A stretch of 21,766 bases of DNA from Chthoniobacteraceae bacterium (GCA_031409655.1 JANNXQ010000267.1:1-21766), one strand, 5' to 3'. Shown: positions 9,439 through 17,040, counted from the stretch's first letter. Numbers and translations: made by a program. The notes: generated from the sequence alone by a model not told the origin.

Positions 9439-9467
9439 AGAGTAGCGGCAATGTGGGGGACGGGCAA
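9439..9467 (-). promoter_or_regulatory. Internal sigma70-like promoter
   Basis: Minus strand TTGCCC (9467-9462), 17-nt spacer, TACTCT (9444-9439). The predicted start site falls at or next to the A of ATG 9431. Confidence 0.6.
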
Positions 9468-9497
9468 AGGCGAAGTTGGCGCTGGAGGAGTGGGTCT

Positions 9498-11087
9498 TCA
9501 GGGGCGGGCCTTGGTGGAAAAGAAGGCACCGAGACGGCGATACTCGCGATAGAGTCCGGTGTAGGTGGTGCGATGGGCGCGGTTGGGTTTGAAGGTGGGG
9601 GCGGTGCCGGGTTTCGGTGTGGCCATCGCGCGGATGGCGTCGCGGGGAGACGCAAATGCGCCGGCGGCGAGGGCGCCGAGGATCGCGGCACCGAGGGCTG
9701 GGCCTTGTTTGCTGGGATGCACGGTGATCGGTTCGCCGAGCACGTCGGCATAGACTTGGACGACGAGCGGGTTGTGGTGCGGCAGGCCGCCGGTGGCGAC
9801 GAACTTCTTCACCGGAACGCCGCCATCGCGGAGTAACTCGACGATCCAACGCACGCCGAAAGCTGAGGCTTCGAGCAAGGCGCGGTAGAGATGCGCGGGG
9901 CCATGATGCAGCGCGAGGCCGGTGAAGGCGCCGTGCAGCGAGCCGTCCATGAGCGGGGTGCGGCAGCCATTCATCCAATCCACGCAGCGCACGCCTTCCG
10001 CCCCGGGCGGGAGCGCGGCGGCTGTGCGGGCGAGCTGGGAAAAATCGGGCTGGCCGGTGAGCTTGCGCAGCCATTCAAAGGCGTCGCCGACGGCGACTTG
10101 TCCCGTTTCGTAGCCGTAGAAGCCGGGCAGGATTCCATCCTTCACCACCCCCGCGACGCCGGGGACGCTGCGCTCCACTTCGCTATTGAGCATGTGGCAT
10201 GAACTGGTGCCCATCACCATCACGAGGGTGCCGGGCTCTGCGGCACCCGCGCCGGGGACTCCGGCGTGTGCATCGATGATGGCCGCGCTGACCGGGGTGC
10301 CTGCGCGCAGCCTAAATTTCTTTGCCATCGCGCCGAGGAGTCCGCCCGCGGCCACGCCGGGGGCGAGCAGGCGACCGGGCATCTTGTCTTTCACCACACG
10401 CGCGAATTTCGGATGTACCGCGCGCAGAAATTCTTCCGATGGGTAGCCATCGGTGGCGCTCCACATGCCTTTGTATCCGGCCTGACACGTCGAGCGTGGC
10501 AGCGTCTCCGCCGGGCCGCCGACGAGTTGCCACACGAACCAATCACCCGCTTCGAGCCAAACCTCCGCCGCATCGTAGGCGCGCGGTGCGCCTTCGAGCG
10601 TCTCGAGCATCTTTGGGAAAAACCACTCGAGCCCGATGATGCCACCGTAACGCGCGAGGAAGCTTTCGCCGCGCTCGCGGGCGACGGCGTTGATGCGATC
10701 CGTCTGCGCCTGCGCGCCGTGATGTTTCCACAGCTTCGGCCAGGCGAGCGGTTCGGTGGAAAATTGTTTCAGCAGGCAGAGCGGCGTGCCGTCACGCTTC
10801 GTCGGAAGCATCGTGCAGCTCGTAAAATCCACGCCGATGCCGAACACCTCGCAGCTCTTCGCTGTCCGCAAAGCCGCGCGGGTCGCTTTCGCCGCGGACT
10901 CGATCCAATCGAGCGGATGCTGGAGCGCGTAGTGCGGCGGGAGCTTCTTCTTCGAGCCGGGGAGCGACTCGATGATTTGGCCGTGCGGATACTTCGCCAC
11001 AGACGATGCGAGTTCGTGCCCGCGCAGATCGACTAGCACCGCACGCACGCTCTCCGTGCCGAAATCGAGACCGAGCGCCGCCTTCAT
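9498..11087 (-). CDS. araB: Ribulokinase-like FGGY carbohydrate kinase (529 aa)
   Basis: ALGLDFGTESVRA, GIGVDFTSCTMLP, KLWKHHGAQ, EWFFPK, RSTCQAGYK, IIDAH, MGTSSCH, DWMNGCRTP. Start ATG 11087 overlaps the upstream TGA (ATGA). The substrate may not be L-ribulose. Confidence 0.88.
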   Translation of the reverse strand: MKAALGLDFGTESVRAVLVDLRGHELASSVAKYPHGQIIESLPGSKKKLPPHYALQHPLDWIESAAKATRAALRTAKSCEVFGIGVDFTSCTMLPTKRDGTPLCLLKQFSTEPLAWPKLWKHHGAQAQTDRINAVARERGESFLARYGGIIGLEWFFPKMLETLEGAPRAYDAAEVWLEAGDWFVWQLVGGPAETLPRSTCQAGYKGMWSATDGYPSEEFLRAVHPKFARVVKDKMPGRLLAPGVAAGGLLGAMAKKFRLRAGTPVSAAIIDAHAGVPGAGAAEPGTLVMVMGTSSCHMLNSEVERSVPGVAGVVKDGILPGFYGYETGQVAVGDAFEWLRKLTGQPDFSQLARTAAALPPGAEGVRCVDWMNGCRTPLMDGSLHGAFTGLALHHGPAHLYRALLEASAFGVRWIVELLRDGGVPVKKFVATGGLPHHNPLVVQVYADVLGEPITVHPSKQGPALGAAILGALAAGAFASPRDAIRAMATPKPGTAPTFKPNRAHRTTYTGLYREYRRLGAFFSTKARP

Positions 11088-13063
11088 TTCGCCCGCGGAT
11101 TTTTCAGGAAGTAGAAGCGGCCGTCTTCCGCACCGCCGAGGAAATCCGGAACGCCGTCGCCATCGAAATCCACGACCGTCGGGCTCACGTCGTGACCTTC
11201 GATGTTGGTCTCCGCGATCAGTCCCGCGTCTTGGAAGAACCATCCGCCATCGCTCGCGGAAGTCTGGCGAAGCACGTTGGCATTCGCGGAATTCAAAAGT
11301 AGGTCCATGCGTCCGTCACCGTCCCAATCGACCACGCACAATTTGCGCCGACCGCTCTTGCCGGCGCTGCCGGAGTTCAGCCGCAGCGGATCGCCGGGGG
11401 TCATCACCACCGGGGTCTTCACCGGCAGTTTGGCCGCGGCGCTCTCCGCCCTTTCGGCAGCGCGGAAGGCGCGCACCGGCGGGCGCAGCACGAGCTTCCC
11501 AGCGCGTTTCTCCCGCTGGAAATAGGCGAGGTAACCTTCGTGATCGAGCATCACGAGATCGGTGAGCCCGTCCTGGTTCCAATCCACGCCGACCGGCGTG
11601 GTGCGCCATTGCGTGAGCAGCGCCTTGCCTTCGGGGCGCAGCCAGCCGTAGGCGAGCGCGGGTTGCGGGCCGTTCCACTCGACTTCGATCGGCTGCGCAG
11701 CAGCGAGCTTCGGCACGGAGCGCGGGCCGGTGTTTTTGTACCAATGCACTTTGCCGAGGATGGAATTCGCGAGGATGTCCGGAAGCCCGTCGCCATCCCA
11801 ATCGACGACCGTCTGGGTGGTGTAACCCCACTTCGCTTCGCACGGGCCCTGGATGCTGCCATTCGGGCCGGCCATCGGGCGGATCACTTTGCCGCCAGCT
11901 TCGAGCAAGCGCGGAGCGGCCCACTTTGGTTGCGCGACTTTCGGTCCGCTCAGATTTTCGAAGAAGCCGATGTAGCCCGCTGTGTTGCCGCTGATGATGT
12001 CCCAATCGCCGTCACCGTCCCAATCAACTCCGACCGGCGTGGCCAGCGCGCCAAACTTCGCCGTGTCCGCCTCCTGCTGAAAGTAACGCGGCGCGAGGAA
12101 TTGCGGCACGCGCTCAGCCGAAAGTTTGCCGGCGTTCTCCACGAAGGCCACGCGGCCGTCCTCATCGCCGACGATGAGATCGAGGTCGCCGTCTTTGTCC
12201 CAGTCGATCGCCGTGGGTGTGATCATCTCCAGGTCCATGGTGAGGAACGCTCCCTCCGGCGTCTTCACCCGGCGGACCAGCGCATACTTCGGCTTGGTGC
12301 GTGTGCCGGTGTTTTCAAAGTAAGTGAACCCATCGAGGAACTCGCCGCAGAGCAGGTCGAGATCTCCGTCGCCGTCGAAGTCCGCGAAGTTCGGCGACGG
12401 CCAGCCGTAAGTCTCCACGGGGCGATCTTCCGCCATCACTTTCTTCGGCTGGTCGTAAGTGGGCGCCGCGGTGCTGCCAGTGTTGCGGATGAAATACACG
12501 TAGCCACGCAGAGGGCCATTCATCCAGCGACCGTTCGCGTCATAGGCATTGTCCCATCCGTACTCTGTCCAATCGCCGACGCCGACGATGAGATCGAGCG
12601 CGCCATCGCCGTCGTAGTCCACAGTGCGCCACATGTTCGCGCGGACTTTGTTCGGATGCACCTTAGCGTCCAGTGGCAGCTTCACCTCCTGATCGAGCCC
12701 GGTCTTGAGAAAGTCGGGATGCGCTTTACCCGGCGAGAGCACCACCGGCTTCCCGTCCACGTAGCTCACCTGGACATTCTGCAAGCCCTTGCTGATGCGG
12801 CGTCCTGGCTTGAAGACCGGCATCTTGTGCTTCGCGGTATCGCCGCTCGCGTTCTCGAAGAAGTAAGTACCGTTGGAAGGCTTGTCGGGACAATTGACCA
12901 CGAGATCGAGATCGCCATCGCCGTCGAAATCCATCGGCAGCGGCCACGCCCACAGCCCGACGCCGAGATCGACGACGAGGCCGGGATGGTTGTAGCGCAG
13001 CGGCTCCAGTGCGGAGGCGTTGGCGACAAAGGCGAGGAGCAGGGTGGGCGGGATGAGACGCAT
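11084..13063 (-). CDS. Exported FG-GAP/VCBS-repeat beta-propeller protein (659 aa)
   Basis: Signal peptide MRLIPPTLLLAFVANASA and nine Ca-binding D-x-D/N-x-D-G-x-x-D loops (e.g. DFDGDGDLD, DWDKDGDLD, DWNQDGLTD). Confidence 0.92.
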   Translation of the reverse strand: MRLIPPTLLLAFVANASALEPLRYNHPGLVVDLGVGLWAWPLPMDFDGDGDLDLVVNCPDKPSNGTYFFENASGDTAKHKMPVFKPGRRISKGLQNVQVSYVDGKPVVLSPGKAHPDFLKTGLDQEVKLPLDAKVHPNKVRANMWRTVDYDGDGALDLIVGVGDWTEYGWDNAYDANGRWMNGPLRGYVYFIRNTGSTAAPTYDQPKKVMAEDRPVETYGWPSPNFADFDGDGDLDLLCGEFLDGFTYFENTGTRTKPKYALVRRVKTPEGAFLTMDLEMITPTAIDWDKDGDLDLIVGDEDGRVAFVENAGKLSAERVPQFLAPRYFQQEADTAKFGALATPVGVDWDGDGDWDIISGNTAGYIGFFENLSGPKVAQPKWAAPRLLEAGGKVIRPMAGPNGSIQGPCEAKWGYTTQTVVDWDGDGLPDILANSILGKVHWYKNTGPRSVPKLAAAQPIEVEWNGPQPALAYGWLRPEGKALLTQWRTTPVGVDWNQDGLTDLVMLDHEGYLAYFQREKRAGKLVLRPPVRAFRAAERAESAAAKLPVKTPVVMTPGDPLRLNSGSAGKSGRRKLCVVDWDGDGRMDLLLNSANANVLRQTSASDGGWFFQDAGLIAETNIEGHDVSPTVVDFDGDGVPDFLGGAEDGRFYFLKNPRAK

Positions 13064-13082
13064 GGGAGGGATGGGATGAGAG

Positions 13083-13865
13083 TTAGTCGGCGGCTTCGAA
13101 GCGTTGCAGGTCAGCCAGCACATCGTCGGGCAGGATGAGCGGAGTATCTTGCGGTGTCGCCTCGGTCTGGATGCGGTCGAAGTGCGCGAGGGCTTCGTCG
13201 CGGCTGGCCCGGATGTGGGAGGCCATTTCGGCGCGCGCCTTTTCCGCCTCGCCAGAACGCACCGCTTTCAAGATGCGCAGATGGAAGCGATGGGTCTCGA
13301 GCAGCACGTCGAGGTGATGCGTCTGGCGCGGGGTACCGAAGATACCGGTGAGGAGGCGCGAGTCGCCGACGATCTTCATCATGCGGCGATTCCCCGAGCT
13401 GCGCAGCAGCACGAGATGAAAGCCAAGATCCGCGGAGAGCAGGCGCTTCATCATGTCCGCGTTCGGCGTCACGCGCTTAGCCTTCTGCATTTCCGTGGCG
13501 ATGGCCTTGATCTCGGCACAGAGTTTTTCCAGGAGCCGCAAATCTTCTGATCTTACTTTGCCCGCGGCCTGGGCCACCGCGAAGGGCTCCAAGGCTTCCC
13601 GCAGTTCGTAGAGTTCGGTGACGTCGCGCCGCGAGAGTTGCTGGACGACGGTGCCATACCGCGGCACCTGCCTGAGCACCCCTTCCTGTTCCAGATGCCG
13701 GATGGCTTCGCGCACCGGCGTCCGGCTCATGCCGATCTCCTTGGCCAGGGTATTCTCCGAGACCACGTGCCCGGCGGGCAACTCGCCGCAAAGGATCTTC
13801 CGCTGGATGTGCTGATACGCTTGCTGGCGCATGGAGACAGATGGGGCGGCCTTGGTTTTGGGCAT
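13083..13865 (-). CDS. GntR-family regulator with FCD domain (260 aa)
   Basis: wHTH (SENTLAKEIGMSRTPVREAIRHLEQEG) and FCD features (ELYELREALE, ADLGFH, SGN, H..I, M..HI). Start placed at ATG 13865. Confidence 0.95.
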   Translation of the reverse strand: MPKTKAAPSVSMRQQAYQHIQRKILCGELPAGHVVSENTLAKEIGMSRTPVREAIRHLEQEGVLRQVPRYGTVVQQLSRRDVTELYELREALEPFAVAQAAGKVRSEDLRLLEKLCAEIKAIATEMQKAKRVTPNADMMKRLLSADLGFHLVLLRSSGNRRMMKIVGDSRLLTGIFGTPRQTHHLDVLLETHRFHLRILKAVRSGEAEKARAEMASHIRASRDEALAHFDRIQTEATPQDTPLILPDDVLADLQRFEAAD

Positions 13866-13886
13866 GGGGCAAGCAGTGGAGTGCGT

Positions 13887-13916
13887 GCTGGTATACCAGC
13901 GGGATATGCGCGTCAA
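13887..13916 (-). promoter_or_regulatory. GntR/FadR-type operator palindrome overlapping a likely promoter
   Basis: Perfect 14-bp palindrome GCTGGTATACCAGC (13887-13900; TGGT..ACCA core), about 20 nt upstream of the gntR ATG. A TTGACG -35 box lies at 13916-13911 on the minus strand, so the palindrome covers the -10 region. Confidence 0.75.
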
Positions 13917-14101
13917 TCCGAGAATCCGTGGTGTTGGAGCTGCCGTCTTGATAGCGCGATTTGAGCACGGCGATGGCGCCATTTTCCCAAGTGGAGGTGC
14001 GATTTTTACGGAATCCTGAGTGGGTTCATCTTGGGTGTGAAGGTGAACTCCTCCGTCTTGCGACGCTTAGCGATCAGTTGCAGCGAAGCAGTGCGCAGCG
14101 C

Positions 14102-15496
14102 TCACGAATCTGGGAGTGCTTCGACGAGCGCCTGCCAGAGTGCGTCCACTGCGGACTCGAGCTGCTGATTTGTCGCGCAGTAAGGAGGCATCAGGACCAG
14201 GACGTCGCCCACGGGACGGGTAAGCAGTCCGAGTTTTTTTGCGCGTTCGCACACGCGGAAGCCAGCGCGACGACCCACCGGAAAACGCTCGCGGGTGGAA
14301 AAATTCTCGACGAGTTCGATCGCGCAGATGGTGCCTTCACAGCGCACGTCGCCCACATTTGGATGCTGCCAAAAACGCTGGACGAGTCTTTCAAGGGTCG
14401 CGGCCCGACCGCGGATGTGCTCGAGCGTGTGCTCGGTCTCGAAGAGCGAAAGGCTGGCGAGTGCCGCGGCGCAGCCGAGCTGATTGCCCGTGTAACTGTG
14501 TCCGTGGAAGAAGGTCCGAAATTCTTCAAACTCTCCTAGAAACGCATCGAAGATTTCCGGACTCGCGATCGTCGCCGCGAGCGGGAGATAGCCGCCGGTG
14601 AGCCCTTTGGCCACGGCCATGATGTCGGGCCGCACGCCTTCCTCTTTTTGAAAGGCGAACATCTCCCCCGTCCGGCCGAAGCCGGTGAGCACTTCGTCGA
14701 GCATCAGCCACACGCCGCGCTCGCGGCAGAGCGCCGCCACGCGCGAGAGGTAGCCGGCGGGTTGCATGGACATCGATCCAGCGCCATGCACGCGCGGCTC
14801 GATGACGAAGGCCGAAGCGCGCCCGCCCGCTTCGTCGAGCGTGTGTTCGACCGCGCGCACGCATTCCCATTCACAACTCCGCGCCAGCCGCGCGTCGGTG
14901 CCGCGCTCGGGAGCGGCGCGGTTGTGCGGGCAGCGATAGCAGGTGGGCGACGGGACTTCGCGCGTGACGAAGAGGAGCGAGCGATACGTCGCGTGGAAGA
15001 TGGGACTCTGCCCGAGGCTCATCGCACCCACGGTGTCGCCGTGGTAACCGCCAGCCACGGAGAAATAGACCGAGCGATCCGGCTCCTCGCGCTGCACCCG
15101 CGCCTGATGAATCATTTTCAAACCCGCCTCCACCGCCGTCGAACCATCGTCCGAAAGAAACACGCGCCACCCCTCTGCCTCCGTCGTTCCGAAGCGCCGG
15201 AGTAACTCCGCCGCCAGCCGTGGAGCCAGATCATTGGTCAGCCCGAGAAAGGAACTGTGCGCAACGCGATCCAACTGCGCCCGCAGCGCCGCGTCGATCT
15301 CCGCCCGACGATGCCCGTGGAGATTCGTCCAGATGGAAGAGTTCCCATCGAAAAACTCGCGCCCGCGCTCATCCCGCAACATCGCCCCGGAAGCCTCGGC
15401 GATGACGATCGGCTCGTAACCGTCCGCCATCCATTCCCGCATCTGGGTAAAGGGATGCCAGAGCGTGCGCTTATCGAGGCTCGCGAGTTCGGACAT
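14102..15496 (-). CDS. bioA: Adenosylmethionine-8-amino-7-oxononanoate aminotransferase
   Basis: LWHPFTQM, SSIWTNLHGH, SDDGSTAVE, YHGDTVGAMS, DEVLTGFGRTG, PLP lysine AKGLTGGYLP, FFHGHSYTGN. Confidence 0.95.
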   Translation of the reverse strand: MSELASLDKRTLWHPFTQMREWMADGYEPIVIAEASGAMLRDERGREFFDGNSSIWTNLHGHRRAEIDAALRAQLDRVAHSSFLGLTNDLAPRLAAELLRRFGTTEAEGWRVFLSDDGSTAVEAGLKMIHQARVQREEPDRSVYFSVAGGYHGDTVGAMSLGQSPIFHATYRSLLFVTREVPSPTCYRCPHNRAAPERGTDARLARSCEWECVRAVEHTLDEAGGRASAFVIEPRVHGAGSMSMQPAGYLSRVAALCRERGVWLMLDEVLTGFGRTGEMFAFQKEEGVRPDIMAVAKGLTGGYLPLAATIASPEIFDAFLGEFEEFRTFFHGHSYTGNQLGCAAALASLSLFETEHTLEHIRGRAATLERLVQRFWQHPNVGDVRCEGTICAIELVENFSTRERFPVGRRAGFRVCERAKKLGLLTRPVGDVLVLMPPYCATNQQLESAVDALWQALVEALPDS

Positions 15497-15659
15497 GGCG
15501 GCCCGCAGCGTCGGGAGCCACCCCGCCGAGTGTCAAGCGCCTCATCAACCAGATGTGCGCGCGGAAGCTCGCCGCGGCAGGGGAAGCTCTTCCTTACGGC
15601 TGGCGGTGAATCACCCGCCACTGCGTTTTCTTAATCGCCCTACCTCCGCAGCGCGTTGA

Positions 15660-15790
15660 TGCGGGAAAAGGGGTCGGTCCGTGCATACATGCAGAACGCT
15701 TGCCCTCGCGCCGCTCTCTCCTTGCGCCCAGCCGCTCGCGCATCGCGTGGTGGAGATTGAAAACCTCCTGCGCTTTGCAAAAAGCCCGGC
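15660..15790. repeat. ~130-bp direct repeat, copy 1
   Basis: TGCGGGAAAAGGGGTCGGTCCGTGCAT...CTCCTGCGCTTTGCAAAAAGCCCGGC aligns colinearly with 16139-16266 at about 79% identity by hand. Confidence 0.9.
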
Positions 15791-15834
15791 AGAAGTTTGT
15801 GCGTGGGTGTGTCCTCATCCGGCGGCGGACGGTG

Positions 15835-16137
15835 TCATCGAGAGAGCTCGAGCCTTTCGACCACGAAGCCGTTGAGGCTGTCGCCAACCTGCAGCGCGCG
15901 GAGAGCCAGGAGGAGGTGTTGTTCCGGCAAGGTGCGCAGGATGAATTTTCCGCTGAAGGTCTTGATCGCTAGCGGCGCAGGGGGCGGCGTGCCATCCGCG
16001 GCGGCGATGGCGAGGTGTTCATCGACGGCCTGGCAAAGTTCGGCATAGACCGTTGCGCGATCGGTGCCGTGGATGCCGCCGAGGAACAATTCCGGGCAGC
16101 GCCCGATCCAGACTCGATCCTCGTCGCTCCATTCGAT
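15835..16137 (-). pseudogene. hicB: HicB-family antitoxin, 5'-truncated
   Basis: IEWSDEDRVWIGRCPELFLGGIHG...ELCQAVDE...GTPPP plus RHH-type tail FSGKFILR...SLN. Similarity begins abruptly at the edge of repeat copy 2, and no in-frame ATG/GTG/TTG is nearby. Confidence 0.75.
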
Positions 16138-16138
16138 G

Positions 16139-16266
16139 TGCGGGAAAGGGTCGGTCCGTGCATGTGTGCAGAACTTTCGCCTCCCGGTCGCCCTCGCCTT
16201 GTGACCAGCGACTCCCGCTTCGCGCAGTGGAGGTGGAAAAACTCCTGCGCTTTGCGAAAGCCCGGC
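16139..16266. repeat. ~130-bp direct repeat, copy 2
   Basis: TGCGGGAAAGGGTCGGTCCGTGCAT...CTCCTGCGCTTTGCGAAAGCCCGGC; see copy 1. Confidence 0.9.
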
Positions 16267-16306
16267 GAGTGATAGCCGTACTGTTGACTCGGCGGAGTCG
16301 AGTGGG

Positions 16307-16343
16307 TTGACACGCCGGAGGTGGTTTATACCCTCAGAGTATA
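16307..16343 (+). promoter_or_regulatory. Sigma70 promoter and putative autoregulatory operator of the MazEF-like pair
   Basis: TTGACA (16307-16312), 16-nt spacer, TACCCT (16329-16334). Imperfect palindrome TATACCCTCAGAGTATA (16327-16343) overlaps the -10 and the ATG at 16343. Confidence 0.65.
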
Positions 16344-16588
16344 TGCAGGCGACCACGATCAAGCTCGACTCGAAGCTGCACTCCGCAATCCGGCGCATGA
16401 AGGCACGGGAACAATCGCTGACGGGTTACGTGCGCGAACTGGTCGCTCGCGAGGAAAAACGCGCGGCGCTGGAGGCGGCGGCGGAGACGTATGCGCAGCT
16501 CCTGGCGAAGCATAAGGAGGAGGCCGAGGCGATGACGGCCTGGGAGTCCGCCCCCTTGGCGGAAGCGCCCCGACAGCGCCGCAAATGA
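16343..16588 (+). CDS. Ribbon-helix-helix-type antitoxin (81 aa)
   Basis: MQATTIKLDSKLH...SLTGYVRELV is an RHH-like N-terminus, followed by a tail with YA...WE. ATGA-coupled to the downstream toxin. Confidence 0.8.
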   Translation: MQATTIKLDSKLHSAIRRMKAREQSLTGYVRELVAREEKRAALEAAAETYAQLLAKHKEEAEAMTAWESAPLAEAPRQRRK

Positions 16589-16908
16589 AGCGCGGCACGA
16601 TCCTCTGGGTGAACCTCAGCGACGTGCATCCGCCGGAGATGGACAAGGTGCGCCTGGCGGTCGTCCTCTCCGGGAGCGTGTTCAACATGCGCTTGAACAC
16701 CGTCGTCGTCGTGCCGCTCTCGACGCAAACGGGTGAAATCTGGCCGTTGCGGGTGAAGGTCTCCACCGGCGCAAAAAAGGCGAGTTTCGCCGTCATTCCC
16801 GGAATTCGGCAGACGGCGAAGGGGCGGCTGCTGGACGTGCTGGGCAGCCTGTCGCCGGGAGATCTCGAGCGGATCGAGCGAGCCGTTTGCGAATACCTCT
16901 CCGATTGA
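16585..16908 (+). CDS. mazF: PemK/MazF-family endoribonuclease toxin
   Basis: MKRGTILWVNL...KVRLAVVLS..FN...VVVVPLST...IRQTAKGRL...LGSL...LERIERAV..YL. Confidence 0.9.
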   Translation: MKRGTILWVNLSDVHPPEMDKVRLAVVLSGSVFNMRLNTVVVVPLSTQTGEIWPLRVKVSTGAKKASFAVIPGIRQTAKGRLLDVLGSLSPGDLERIERAVCEYLSD

Positions 16909-16947
16909 GCCAAACGGCCGCGCTCGATCGAGGAAGAATCGCCGGGG

Positions 16948-17040
16948 AAAGAGGGCGATGGTCTCCGCGCTCATCCCGCCCTCTGCCAGATACGGAAGCG
17001 CCCGATCAAGATTCTGCAGCGGGAAGCCGAGCGGCTTTTT
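16948..17040 (-). pseudogene. Possible short remnant of a DnaG-like primase gene
   Basis: KKPLGFPLQNLDRALPYLAEGGMSAETIALF resembles the 'PYL.ERG.s.eti..FglG' segment between the Zn-finger and catalytic domains of DnaG-type primases. Recognised by eye only. Confidence 0.35.

Noticed and set aside
9439..10074. N-terminal 212-aa extension of the kinase ORF in the ORF track
   Set aside because: Mostly overlaps the ribulokinase gene out of frame and is Arg/Pro-rich nonsense; kinase start placed at 9438.
15660..16266. Direct repeats as integron attC sites or a CRISPR array
   Set aside because: No correctly placed RYYYAAC/GTTRRRY cores or end-to-end palindrome; only two long copies; no integrase or cas genes.
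16138..16398. Full-length 187-aa hicB starting at ATG 16398
   Set aside because: That start lies antisense inside the antitoxin gene, and the extension runs through the promoter and the non-coding repeat.
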